A DNA stretch of 63,528 nt, filler included, from Octopus bimaculoides (lineage: Eukaryota): assembly GCF_001194135.2 (NCBI RefSeq). It is 7 parts of 7 records of this genome, joined end to end, with 100 filler letters (N's around TTAATTAATTAA, not from the genome) between each part and the next. Parts side by side here need not be neighbours in the genome. Positions count along the whole stretch, not along the records: positions 17,416 to 49,212 come from NC_068982.1; positions 49,313 to 53,383 come from NC_068987.1; 5 more parts are not named here. The stretch is one strand, 5' to 3'. The position numbers and the translations under genes were made by a program. How positions within the stretch are numbered: the first letter of the stretch is position 1; the number at the start of each line of letters is the position of its first letter. Positions 39,835 to 51,929 of the stretch are shown here, in pieces. The notes beneath the pieces were generated by a model that saw only the letters and a program-made list of their open reading frames with translations, did not search any database and was not told the DNA's origin.

Positions 39835-40715
39835 AAATTTGTTGGTGCGATCCAGGTCTTGATTGACAGCGATCCTGCGAAGTCAATCAGGTCTATCGCC
39901 AAGGATATGGGAGTGTCTGAGTTTCTTACAAGATGAGAAAGAGCCAATTTTTATCCCAAGACATCAAAGACAAGAGGAAAGACAGCGCTACGAAACTCAA
40001 CCGAACATGCTTTGGTTTTTCTCGGACAATAAAAATTTCAACCAGGTTTAGATGGTGACCACACAGAACAATCACTGGCTTGCCGTGTCCCCAAAACATG
40101 TATCGAGAATGATAAAAGTCAAACATCCAATCAACATCATGGTGTTTGGAGTGATCAGTAGCGATGGCGACGTTATGCCTCCATTCATCTTCCTACACGG
40201 CCTCAGCCTCAACACGGAGGCCTATATCAAGTGCCTGGAGAAGGTAGTGCTGCCCTGGATCAAGAGGGAGGCCTCTGGATGACCACGTCTGGCGAAAGGA
40301 CTCTGCACCATGCCACAGAAGCAGAAGAACCCAGTCATGGCTGTTTGACAATTTCTGTGGTTATATCACTCCTAACATCTGGCCACCTAACTCCCTAGAT
40401 TGCAACCCCCTTGATTATTATATGTGGGTCACAGTTGAGCGAGAGACCAACAAAACTCCTTGTAATACCAAAGATGAACTGAAGGCAAGGATTATGGCAG
40501 CATTCACCAGCTTAAAGAAGGAGACCGTCCAGAAGAGTTGCAGGAGATTCCGAAGTCGTCTGGAGGCCGTGGTTGAAGGCAATGGCGATTTTATTGAATA
40601 AACTTACTCTTTAGTATTTCAAGATATTTTTATGTAATTTTGGTAAATATATCTGTTAAAATGAGATGTTATTTTAATTTTTGCGTAATTTAGACGCCAA
40701 TTTATTTACCGCACC

Positions 40716-40716
<1 letters not shown>
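39835..40716 (+). mobile_element. Tc1/mariner DD37D (maT/Bmmar1-like) element, 3' two-thirds with terminal repeat
   Basis: IMVFGVISSDGDVMPPFIF; KDSAPCH then 37 residues to LDYY (WPPNSLDCNPLDY). Ends at ttaccgcaccct before (TATC)n. Confidence 0.85.
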
Positions 40717-40771
<55 letters not shown>

Positions 40772-40868
40772 NNNNNNNNNNNNNNNNNNNNNNNNNNNNN
40801 NNNNNNNNNNNNNNNNNNNNNNNNNNNNNNNNNNNNNNNNNNNNNNNNNNNNNNNNNNNNNNNNNNNN

Positions 40869-40909
<41 letters not shown>

Positions 40910-42976
40910 ATTTATATATGATTACATAAATACATATTCGTATTTGAAAACAAACCATTATGTTCATATACAGGTATACACATTATCACTTAAAGCATTA
41001 TTAATTTTACTAAAGAGAGATTAATTACAGCTCGTTATGGAAGACTAACGGCTACAATCTCTACAATAATTTCATTTGAACTTCTGTAACAATTCTAAGA
41101 GCTGTATGATAAATTATAGCAACAGAAACTTTGGTTACAAGTGTTAACATCGTTTTAGAACGTTATTATTGCAGGTAAATTCATGGTATAATAAAGTATG
41201 TGTTTCTTTTAATGCTGTATATTAATCATTCATTTTAAGAACAATGCATAGTATTCTAGCAACTTTACACGTCGTGGATGATTTATTAGAAAATATCTTA
41301 TGCTAATCCTTTATCAGAGCTGTCTATTTTTTCAGCATGCGGTATTATGTTCTGAAGTCGGAATTGAAATAATCTCAGACAGCACAATATAGGCGTTAGA
41401 AAACTGAGCGCAGTCACCTCCTGTCATTCGTTTCACCCATTTGGGATATTACAAAGGCCTGGAATATTACAAAGATCATTATCAGCTGAGAAGTAAAGGA
41501 AAACCTCTTCATCGATGAATCGAATGGTTTGTTTGGTTCACCAAGAACATTTTAACAAAATAACCCAAGCCGCAGTTTCGAACTGAACTTCGTGTCGAGT
41601 TTTTGGAAAATAATATTCAACATTTCCACTTTCAGAATCCCAGTCAACAATGAACTTGGCCGGAGGCGGGCTGGATCAATAGGGTGTTAGACTAGTGACT
41701 GAGGAGTCGTCAGTCCCGATAGTGATAACAGACCTACGCTGTGTTAAAGTCGTTAACCTCAAGTCGACTCAAGTATTGTGAATGAAATTGAATAGATGGA
41801 AAGCACATGGAAATTGACCGCATATACTGTCCCTGCAATTCAAAAGGTCTGCTTTGTCATGCAAGGTGTCATCTGGATTCTTCAAGAGAATTACTTCTCT
41901 TGGTCTGGTTCAGAGGAAGGGGCTGTGCCTGTTTCTTTTGCAGGCCATCTGAGACCCCGATAACGTTCCTCTCGAACAGTTGTAAGTCGACGCCGGCAGG
42001 GATAAAATCATGTGCAGGGTGGGGATTTCTAGGGAGTCGACATGCTGGAGGAGCAAGGGTCAGGTGTAGTGGTTGTTACGAAGTCTGGAGATGATCAATT
42101 ATCATTGTACATCTACTCCCAATACATATGAAGCGGTAGAAAATTACAGAAGTAGTAGCAACAACAACAAAAACAACTAATACACGGGCATTCTATTCCC
42201 CACCCCCATACAAATAAATGCTTGCAAATGACTATGATGCATTTGCACCAGCCAAATATATTTGCATTAGATTGAGCCATTATAAAGTATTTGTTGAAGC
42301 TGTTCTTACCTTGTTTATTGTTGCACATATCAATGAGAAACTAGAAAGAAAAATCATTTATATGTGACGGGAAGAGAGCCCTGAGAGTTGACCATATGTC
42401 TGGCCGAAACTAAAAGAAAAATAAAATAAAATAATAAAGAAACTTGTTTTGTAAATTAATCTAACAAACGTTTGACAATCTCTTCGTCCGATAGTAAATC
42501 GGGTTTCGTCTTATCTCACTTCAAGTAAAGTGTTGTATCAGCTGAAGTTTTCGTAGGACAGGTCTTACAAAACATGCCCTGACAACATCTGTTCTCAACG
42601 AAAATGCATAAGCGGATATAAAAATTGAGATAACGGTACACGTTATACTGCAGCTGAAGGTGCTGACGAAGGTAATGATGTTGATCAACATTTTTATGAT
42701 CATGATAATAAAGAGAATATAGTTTAACTTGGATGGCATAAAATTATCACTTCCATCTAACGAGGACAGTTGCTATTCTCAGTGAGTCAAACGACCTACT
42801 GAAATTAGTTACCAAATTCCTCTCAAGCTAAAAAATCCTGCCGTCTTAAAAAAAAAGAATGCATTGCCGACTTAAACAAGAATACATACAAATTATTTTT
42901 CTTAAACAAGGATATTATTGACAGTGGCTTCAAAATTTCAGCCAGTTAAGCCATCGTACGAGTTTCTTTCTTTCTT

Positions 42977-43053
<77 letters not shown>

Positions 43054-43747
43054 NNNNNNNNNNNNNNNNNNNNNNNNNNNNNNNNNNNNNNNNNNNNNNN
43101 NNNNNNNNNNNNNNNNNNNNNNNNNNNNNNNNNNNNNNNNNNNNNNNNNNNNNNNNNNNNNNNNNNNNNNNNNNNNNNNNNNNNNNNNNNNNNNNNNNNN
43201 NNNNNNNNNNNNNNNNNNNNNNNNNNNNNNNNNNNNNNNNNNNNNNNNNNNNNNNNNNNNNNNNNNNNNNNNNNNNNNNNNNNNNNNNNNNNNNNNNNNN
43301 NNNNNNNNNNNNNNNNNNNNNNNNNNNNNNNNNNNNNNNNNNNNNNNNNNNNNNNNNNNNNNNNNNNNNNNNNNNNNNNNNNNNNNNNNNNNNNNNNNNN
43401 NNNNNNNNNNNNNNNNNNNNNNNNNNNNNNNNNNNNNNNNNNNNNNNNNNNNNNNNNNNNNNNNNNNNNNNNNNNNNNNNNNNNNNNNNNNNNNNNNNNN
43501 NNNNNNNNNNNNNNNNNNNNNNNNNNNNNNNNNNNNNNNNNNNNNNNNNNNNNNNNNNNNNNNNNNNNNNNNNNNNNNNNNNNNNNNNNNNNNNNNNNNN
43601 NNNNNNNNNNNNNNNNNNNNNNNNNNNNNNNNNNNNNNNNNNNNNNNNNNNNNNNNNNNNNNNNNNNNNNNNNNNNNNNNNNNNNNNNNNNNNNNNNNNN
43701 NNNNNNNNNNNNNNNNNNNNNNNNNNNNNNNNNNNNNNNNNNNNNNN

Positions 43748-44040
43748 GGCGTTGTGAGTGTTTATTGAGCGAAAACACCTAAAGCTCTACGAGGCTCCGG
43801 CAGGGGATGGTGGCGAACCCTGCTGTACTCTTTCACCACAACTTTATTTCACTCTTACTTCCTGTTTCTGTTGTGCCTGTAATTCAAAGGGTCAGCCTTG
43901 TCACGCTGAATATCCCCGAGAACTATGTTAATGGTACACGTGTCTGTGGAGTGCTCAGCCACTTGCACGTTAATTTCACGAGCAGGCTGTTGCGTTGATC
44001 GGATCAACTGGAACCCGCAACGGAGTGCCAACAACAACTT
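43748..44040 (+). mobile_element. SINE family C body; its tRNA-like head is seen at 45665-45745 on the minus strand
   Basis: Starts ggcgttgtgagtg, matching the end of the head ...gattcccagaccgggcgttgtg read on the minus strand at 45665-45745. Confidence 0.7.
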
Positions 44041-44584
44041 GCTTCTGATTAGTTTTTGAAGTTTGCCCCGTTTTTAAAAGCAGTTCATAGCTCAAATTAG
44101 TATATGTTTCTGCCATTTATCAGGAGAAAGTTGCACAGCTAACAACCTAAATTTTAACCATTAGACTACATACAAACGACTCCTGTCCACTCTCCCACCA
44201 AACAGATTAAACTTGGACTGTCTTGATTATAACTAGACATGTTTACTCAAACGTGTCGGCCTTCTTTTTAGGCGCAAAACATAGTCATGTGACACTAACG
44301 TACAGCCGTAGTGGGAAACGTACAAAAAGTGATAATCATGTGTTCATTCTCTACAAACACTTGACAGAAAATATTCAAGCATTGATTTTTTGGATTTGTT
44401 CAGTCAACCGTGTCAGCCTTAACTTATGACGCCAAACATTGTCACTTGGTACTAACACACGGACGTAGCGGGGAGCCTGCAAAAATTTCTAAATATTTTG
44501 ATAAAAAATATTCTAACTATCCTCAGTGAATTTTCAACTTCTATTTTTCTTATATTTCTACCCGTGTGGAATAACATAACTTTG

Positions 44585-44865
44585 AGTTGCGCGTTTAGGG
44601 TGTTGCACTCACGATCGCGAGATCGTGGTTTCAATCTCTAGACCGAGTAGTGCGTTGGGTTCCTGAGCAAAACACTTCATCTCACGTTGCTCTGTGATGA
44701 CTTCGATACCTGACGCTTGGTACACCGTTCACCTATTCAGGTAACGTCGATTTGACGGAGCGAGTGAGGTAATGTTCAATACATACATTTGATCACTGTA
44801 AGCAAATCATTTGTGCTGGTAGAAAAGCTGAACAAACACACGTCGTCTTCGACGGAAGAGTTCAC

Positions 44866-44870
<5 letters not shown>
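44585..44870 (+). mobile_element. Diverged tRNA-derived SINE
   Basis: tRNA-like head gtttagggtgttgcactcacgatcgcgagatcgtggtttcaatc followed by gagcaaaacacttcatctcacgttgctc. Confidence 0.65.
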
Positions 44871-44896
<26 letters not shown>

Positions 44897-44940
44897 ATGT
44901 ATCTCCCGCAAATTCATAAACGTATATATAAATATATTTT

Positions 44941-45095
44941 ATTATCAAAGCTGCAAAAGCATCACAAAATACTGCTACTCAGAGTTTTACGTTCCCGTTC
45001 GTCGGGCAGAATCTTGACCAAGATTCTTGATAACAACTGCTTGACGAACGGAAACGTGAAACTCTGAGTAGCAGTTTTGTGATGCTTTTTCAGTT

Positions 45096-45103
<8 letters not shown>
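44941..45103. mobile_element. MITE-like foldback (arms of about 68 bp, 27-bp spacer) in an (AAT)n context
   Basis: 44941-45009 is the near reverse complement of 45037-45103. The spacer holds its own hairpin aatcttg/caagatt. Confidence 0.75.
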
Positions 45104-45132
<29 letters not shown>

Positions 45133-45664
45133 TAATAATAAAGCATATTACTCTACCTTCGGTATTCGAATACTATTTTTTCACCTTGTTTCGCATTTAT
45201 GTNNNNNNNNNNNNNNNNNNNNNNNNNNNNNNNNNNNNNNNNNNNNNNNNNNNNNNNNNNNNNNNNNNNNNNNNNNNNNNNNNNNNNNNNNNNNNNNNNN
45301 NNNNNNNNNNNNNNNNNNNNNNNNNNNNNNNNNNNNNNNNNNNNNNNNNNNNNNNNNNNNNNNNNNNNNNNNNNNNNNNNNNNNNNNNNNNNNNNNNNNN
45401 NNNNNNNNNNNNNNNNNNNNNNNNNNNNNNNNNNNNNNNNNNNNNNNNNNNNNNNNNNNNNNNNNNNNNNNNNNNNNNNNNNNNNNNNNNNNNNNNNNNN
45501 NNNNNNNNNNNNNNNNNNNNNNNNNNNNNNNNNNNNNNNNNNNNNNNNNNNNNNNNNNNNNNNNNNNNNNNNNNNNNNNNNNNNNNNNNNNNNNNNNNNN
45601 NNNNNNNNNNNNNNNNNNNNNNNNNNNNNNNNNNNNNNNNNNNNNNNNNNNNNNNNNNNNNNNN

Positions 45665-45745
45665 CACAACGCCCGGTCTGGGAATCGAAACCGCGATCTT
45701 ATGACCGCGAGTCCGCTGCCCTACCCACTGGTCCACTGCGCCTCC
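45665..45745 (-). mobile_element. SINE family C, tRNA-like head
   Basis: ggaggcgcagtggaccagtgggtagggcagcggactcgcgg...ggtttcgattccc has A- and B-box-like motifs. Confidence 0.8.
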
Positions 45746-45780
45746 ACACACACACACACACACACGCACACACACACGCA

Positions 45781-45857
<77 letters not shown>

Positions 45858-46491
45858 ACACACACACACAATGAGTGAAGAACAGAGTGTAGTTATCATT
45901 ACGTTTGTTCTATGGTTACAACTGTTTCAACAACATGTGGTTAAGAAATCCAACAATCTATGGTGACATGATGAAAACATTGATATAGTTATGTGTATTA
46001 TGTAGTGTATATTACAATATAACCTCCACGACCATTTAATCATAACTGAAAAACAAATTGGTTATTTCACTTGAAGAGGAAGAATCTGCACTGTGTTAGA
46101 AGTACCCGAATTTAAGTAGGAGGAGCCAATATTAGAATCCCAACAAGACAGTAAATAGAGAGGTCAGTTGCATTGTTTTAACACTATGATTAGATAGGTT
46201 CCTTTCATCAATCAATTCCGACTGTCAGACAAACGTCTGCTTATTAGAAAATATAAAAGTCAGTGTAGATCATATCTACAATATTTGCTAATTATATAAC
46301 ATGCCAGCTGCCTACAGAGATGAAGCATATGTATTCGATGGTACATATATAATTGTTCAGCTTTATGTCAACCTTAATTGAACAGATCTTTGACAAAAAG
46401 CTTTCAACCATGACACTGCCGCCTTTTTACCTATCTATGATGACATTAACCAATCCGCTTTCTTTTCTTTCTTTTTTCTTTCGTTTTTCAG

Positions 46492-46619
46492 ACTGTGGAG
46501 GTGAAAGTGATTTGACTGTCATCTCTGGCAAATTGAGTGATTACACACAGACTCTCTCGATGTTTGTTTACATGCTTCAGCCAGAATCAGCGTGCTATAT
46601 ACCAGATATGAAACTCTGA
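46492..46619 (+). CDS. Candidate terminal exon, unknown gene (xCGGESDLTVISGKLSDYTQTLSMFVYMLQPESACYIPDMKL*)
   Basis: Very long polypyrimidine acceptor tttcttttctttcttttttctttcgtttttcag, then one open frame to TGA. Product not recognised. Confidence 0.25.
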
Positions 46620-46930
46620 TCATTTTGTTCGCGAGCTTGACATCTATCAACTTTAATGATTTACATATTGCTACTTGAATCTATTCATACAGCTACACCT
46701 ACAACCTTTTGCATGTTAGAAAATAAACAGTCGTTGAATTTTAGAGCTTATTCCGTACAAACATTTGCTGATAAAATTCTAACAAGAATACAAGGACACT
46801 TTATTTGCTACATTAATAATATTGTAGACATATTTAGATCTAGTACATATACTTATCGAGTGGACAGTGCAAGTATTTTCTATGTTCTGTGCTATCTAAA
46901 GCAGATAACTAAAAACAGTTAAGCTGGCGT

Positions 46931-47002
<72 letters not shown>

Positions 47003-47893
47003 GCCTTATCAGAGTTCTAAAGTTAGTGGAAGCGAGCACATAAAAGAAAGGGCACCGTGACGCATACCAAACAGTTTTTAATTATTTATGAAACTTAGTA
47101 CTGATATTGGTACGACGTGAAAACAGATGAAGCTCCACGGGAACGTCCAGTGTGGAGAGGTTATAACGTTCAGAGTTTTGTTTAGGTTCTCCAGATGTCA
47201 GCGTCCCCCAACACATCACAGGAGATCGAGCAGACATTAAAAAAGAAGGGAAGTTGGTCAAATAAAGCAACAGCTCCAGAAAGTTCTTCCAAAAAAAACA
47301 AAAAAAAAATTCGACTTTTGTCGCATTAAAAAAATCTGCTTATGGGGAGCGGCGGATCCTCTTGCCTACCTATTTGATATGTCACTGCACACAGCACACA
47401 CCCGCTAGCGTATCTAGAGTGTGTGCCGCCCGGGGAGGGCCTTCCGTTTGCCGCCCCCGGACCCCACAAAAAACACATATTGCTTACAACAGACCCCAAA
47501 GCGGTGCCCCTTTAAAAGTGCTGCCCGGGGCAGACCGCCCCTACCGTCCCACCACATGTACACATTTTTACACGGTGATCGTCAACTCGATTTCAAGTGT
47601 AAACACTTTCCCATTACAGACATGAGTCTGTAACGGATTTGGTAAGCATTTTACCATGGGCCCCAGGAGACTACCTAATCTTGATTTTGATTTTATTTGT
47701 TTGACCATTTATGTTTTACTTGTTCAGTCATTAGACTGAAACAAGTCATACTGGGGAAACACCTTGGAGAAATTTTAGTCGAATGAATTCACCCTACAGT
47801 TCAATATTTAAGAGATGAGGAATTATGTACATTATTTACATATTAACATCATTTAGATTTGACGGATATTTGTTCTCATCTTGTTTGTTGTTA

Positions 47894-47937
47894 ACACAAC
47901 GTTTCGGCTGATATACCCTCCAGCCTTCATCAGGTGT
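47894..47937 (-). ncRNA. Minimal type I hammerhead ribozyme motif
   Basis: Minus strand reads ACAC-CTGATGA-A-GGCTG-gagggtatat-CAGCC-GAAA-CGT-T-GTGT: helix I ACAC/GTGT, intact core, 5-bp helix II, palindromic helix III (A)ACGT(T) and a GTT cleavage triplet. Confidence 0.75.
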
Positions 47938-48022
47938 CTTGGGGAAATTTCGAACCTGGGTTCTCATTCGTAAGGTATTTTTCGATGTTGTTGTTGTTAT
48001 TATTATTATTATTATTATTATT

Positions 48023-48094
48023 CAGGTCACTGCCTGGAATCGAACTCGGAATCTTGGGGTTAGTAGCCTGCGCTCCTAACCACTACGTCATATG
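48023..48094 (-). other. tRNA-like Pol III head (tRNA-derived, not a functional tRNA)
   Basis: A-box-like TGACGTAGTGG (48080-48090), B-box GAGTTCGATTCC (48036-48047) and anticodon-loop-like CTACTAA. No proper acceptor stem. Confidence 0.8.
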
Positions 48095-48532
48095 CGATAT
48101 ATATACGGTATATCAGTCGAAACGTTGTGTTAACAACAAACAAGATGAGGACAAATATCCGTCAAATGTAAATAATGTAAGGAATTCACCCTAGTACTTA
48201 TTCTTTTTTTTTTTATTAAAGCCTGGACTTGTTCTATCGCACTCGAATCACTAAGTTACGGGGGACGTAAATACACCAGCATCGGTTGTCAAGCGATGGT
48301 GGAGGACAAACATAAATACATACACACATACAATATATATANNNNNNNNNNNNNNNNNNNNNNNNNNNNNNNNNNNNNNNNNNNNNNNNNNNNNNNNNNN
48401 NNNNNNNNNNNNNNNNNNNNNNNNNNNNNNNNNNNCGACCGTGCGAACCAAAAGGAGAAATGGTGACGAATGGAAAAACAGACTCCTTTTTAAACGCGTC
48501 ACACGGTCGACACAAAATATAAAATGATATTA

Positions 48533-49212
48533 TGTTATAATTCTATAACATAGAGAATTCGTAAATGCCAGTAAGGAAGACAATATTGAACCAACCGATA
48601 AAGATGAATAACAGTAAGATTTATTGGAGCATTAAAACGTATGTTTGTGTGTGAGTGAATATGCGACATAATAAAAACACATGAAAGACTGGCCGTCATG
48701 TAAACAAAAGAGTGTGTGCGAGTAATACATGTATGTGAATGCGTGAGATACAGCGGATAGAAAAGAGTCAGTAACACGGATTGGAATTTACCAGTTCTTA
48801 GTTAGAGTACACAGTGGTAAGTGTCTGTATATAAGAAGTTAAAGCGTTAGGACAGAGCGATCACTCGTCGTGATGTTAGGGCTTCTATGCCGGGCCGGGT
48901 TCCTGAATACAGATGTTCTTCGCAGGCGTCGGATTCTGGCTGTTAATTTCGTGGTGAGGCGATTCACACAAATAGGGCTGAAAAGTGCTGCGGTTAGCTG
49001 TTGGTAGTTTGTGTACGTGTAGAGTCATGTTGACGCTGGCGGCGATGCTGGTAGTCGTAGTTGGACGATGGTGTCGATGTCGTCGCTGGAAACTGGTTGC
49101 TGGTTGGTGCTGTGTTACGCGTGTGTGGTCAGAACGACCAGATCTAAGATCTGAGCTGCGACGAATTTGGCGGGTATATTTTAGGCTATTTATAGGAAAA
49201 TAGAGGCTCCAG
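48533..49212 (-). mobile_element. Probable solo LTR, 5' part lost in the gap
   Basis: Minus strand has TATAAAT (49188-49194), a GC-richer body, AATAAA (48620-48625) and the end ...TTATAACA typical of LTR termini. No internal domain seen. Confidence 0.45.
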
Positions 49213-49314
49213 NNNNNNNNNNNNNNNNNNNNNNNNNNNNNNNNNNNNNNNNNNNNTTAATTAATTAANNNNNNNNNNNNNNNNNNNNNNNNNNNNNNNN
49301 NNNNNNNNNNNNAC

Positions 49315-49425
49315 ATACACATATGTATACATATACATGTACATGTATGCATATAGATCTCTCTCTCTCTATATATATATATCTATACATATACGTGTAC
49401 ATATACATCTATATATATACATACA

Positions 49426-49460
<35 letters not shown>

Positions 49461-49710
49461 TTCTCTCTCTCTGAAAGTATCTGTCATTACAGTATCGAAA
49501 TGTGATTGTTTCAATTAGAGGAATAACGTGTACATATACATCTATATGTATAAATATCTATATGTATACATATACATCTCTCTCTCTCTCTTTCTCCCTC
49601 TCTCTCTCCCTCTCTCTCTCTCTCTTTCTCTCTCTATCTCTCTTTCTCTCTCTCTCTGAAAGTATCTGTCATTACAGTATCGAAATGTGATTGTTTCAGT
49701 TAGTGGAATA
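49315..49710. repeat. Tandem duplication with a period of about 185 bp, containing (CT)n
   Basis: gaaagtatctgtcattacagtatcgaaatgtgattgtttca occurs at 49473 and 49658. Confidence 0.9.
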
Positions 49711-49749
49711 GTTTCATTTTTAAAGTGAAAGTATTTGACATGAGTGTTT

Positions 49750-49980
49750 TTGTTTCACTTTTGACACGTAATACTTAAATAGTGGAGGAGATATTATGTT
49801 GCCGTGGGCTCGAACTCTGCAAGAAGTTAAAAAATTTTTTTGACTAAAACACAACTGGAACCCTAAGTAAGGCATCTGTAAAATTTGAATGAAATTAGTT
49901 GCGTAGTTCTCGAGTTTTAGGGATTCACACAGACAGGCAGACAGACAGACAGACACACATTCTCATTTTTATATATATAA
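49750..49980 (+). mobile_element. Helitron/Helentron-derived non-autonomous repeat with (GACA)n
   Basis: aaatttgaatgaaattagttgcgtagttctcgagttttag...(gaca)n...cattctcattttatatatata has the layout of Lep1/DINE-type elements. Confidence 0.5.
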
Positions 49981-50339
49981 ATAACTTTTCATAGTCTTGT
50001 GAAATAACAACAATAAAAATTTGTTCATACCTTGTAACTTTATTGAAGTTTTAGGGTTTGATTTTTCAGTATTTCATTAATATGTCCACACACATTATTG
50101 TTTTGAAATATAGAACATAGGTTTTTGCCATAAAGTCTTATTTATACTTAAGACTCCCATTAAAAAAAGCAAAACGAATGTGTTTCTTTAAATTACCACC
50201 ATGGATTTAAGTATTTTTGGTTTGTTGCTTTAAATATACAATTTAGGGTTAATAAGTTTGCTTTACCAATATGTGATTTTGGCTTTAAAGCCACTGCATA
50301 ACTTCTTGCTGAAGTGTTTTTTATTATAATTTACTCCAG

Positions 50340-50695
50340 TCTTGAGTTGACCAATAGCTTTTCTACAGCTGGATGCCCTTCCTATTTCCAGAACTCCACC
50401 TGTTTTCAAGCAAGGTAATATATTCTCCATGGCCAGACATGTTTTCATGGAAGATTGGAAATGAAAGACCCTGTATGTCAGTGGTCATGCAATGTCAAGA
50501 CAAGAATGGACATAGACATATGCATGCATGTGCGACGGGCTTCTTTCAGTTTCCATCTACCAAATCCACTCACAATTTTTTGATCGACCTCGGGCTATAG
50601 TGAAAGACACTTGGCCAAAGTAACATGCAGTGGGATTGAACATAAAACCACATAGATGGGAAGCAAAGTTCTTAACCACACATCTATGTCTGCAT
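50340..50695 (-). mobile_element. RTE-tail-type repeat fragment plus SINE family A 5' half
   Basis: ggatgcccttcct motif at about 50361; family A head on the minus strand at 50530-50695. Confidence 0.65.
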
Positions 50696-50700
50696 GTACA

Positions 50701-50743
<43 letters not shown>

Positions 50744-51068
50744 TGTGTGTGTGTTTGTGTATAGAATATGTATTCATCCATCCAATTTTCACTCAGCTGG
50801 AGCTATGATAGCTAACAACTACAAAAGGTGTCACATAATGAGATCAAACCTTGAACCATATGGTTGTGAAATGAACATTGTAACCACACAGACATTTGTG
50901 TAATTATACATAATCATAACTGTTGTTTCATAAGTGCCTGTAGTTTGTGTATCGATGTTGTATAAAATGTTATCATAGATACTGCAAATATGGCAGAGTA
51001 TGTTGGACTAGACTAGGCAGCACTACTATGGTACGGTGTTTATTACAATGTCTTCATTTTCTCTACAG

Positions 51069-51173
51069 ATCGCAGTCTACAACCATACCTGGATCAAATA
51101 GACCAAATAGAAGAGAGTGTTAGTAATCTGGAGCAAGCAGCCTACCGACTGGATGCCTATTCCAAGAGATTAG
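51069..51173 (+). CDS. BLOC1S2: BLOC-1 subunit 2, internal exon ([35 protein letters not shown])
   Basis: Acceptor ttttctctacag, donor AG|gtgagc, 105 nt, phase 1-1. Matches the conserved [25 protein letters not shown] segment of BLOC1S2. Confidence 0.92.
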
Positions 51174-51202
51174 GTGAGCACTGTCTCCTTTTTTTGCCAT
51201 CT

Positions 51203-51244
<42 letters not shown>

Positions 51245-51929
51245 CACAGATTTTTGTATATTTATTTGAAATATAAATTCATAAACAATAGTCTTTGGAT
51301 CTTGAAACAAACTCTTGTAGAGCAACTAACTGTTTACTGCATTTTTGTAATATTCTTGGATTTATTTTCAATATTGTCTCACCTTCTCCATCACCATACA
51401 TCTCTCACACTCTCATAACCTGTCCAACCAATCATCATCTCTCTCTCTCTCACATCCTTCCCATCTCCAGCATCATCATTACTGTTCTGCTACTCTTCAC
51501 TCCCATGCATCATTGGTCACCTGAACCCCCACCTCATATCTATCACTTACTATATCCACCCTGCAGCTTTATCTGATCTCCACAGTTGACATCTACTTCC
51601 TCTACATATCATCTACCCACACTCATTCTTCTTCATTGTATTCTACCCCTCACCCATTTCCCATCTCTCACTCTTCCTTGTACTCTTGCAACTTCAGCTC
51701 ACCCACACTCATGGTTCTTCTATCCCTGCCATTCACTTCTGCTCACCTCATATATTGAGGATCCAAACAGACACCACATCACTATTTTATCCTTTTCCTG
51801 CTCCACCGTGATCACCTACCCTCTCTTCTAAAACATAAGTAGCCATGTAGCTCCTCTACAGCAAGAAACCTGTTATATTCTCACCCCTTCTCTCACACTT
51901 TAATCCATCATCTCCTAACATAAAAACCA

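Larger units (their letters stand above)
47797..48181 (-). mobile_element. Non-autonomous element with tRNA-like head and hammerhead, inserted into a family A SINE
   Basis: Flanked by the 12-bp direct repeat GAATTCACCCTA (47785-47796 and 48182-48193). The host SINE sequence resumes on both sides. Confidence 0.85.

Noticed and set aside
45037-45062. TTGACGA-ACG-GAAACGTG in the foldback arms as a hammerhead
   Set aside because: C3 is absent, there is no helix I or II, and G sits at the cleavage position.
48023-48094. Possible tRNA gene with anticodon ACT
   Set aside because: No pairing acceptor stem, and it is embedded in a TSD-flanked insert. It is a SINE-type head.
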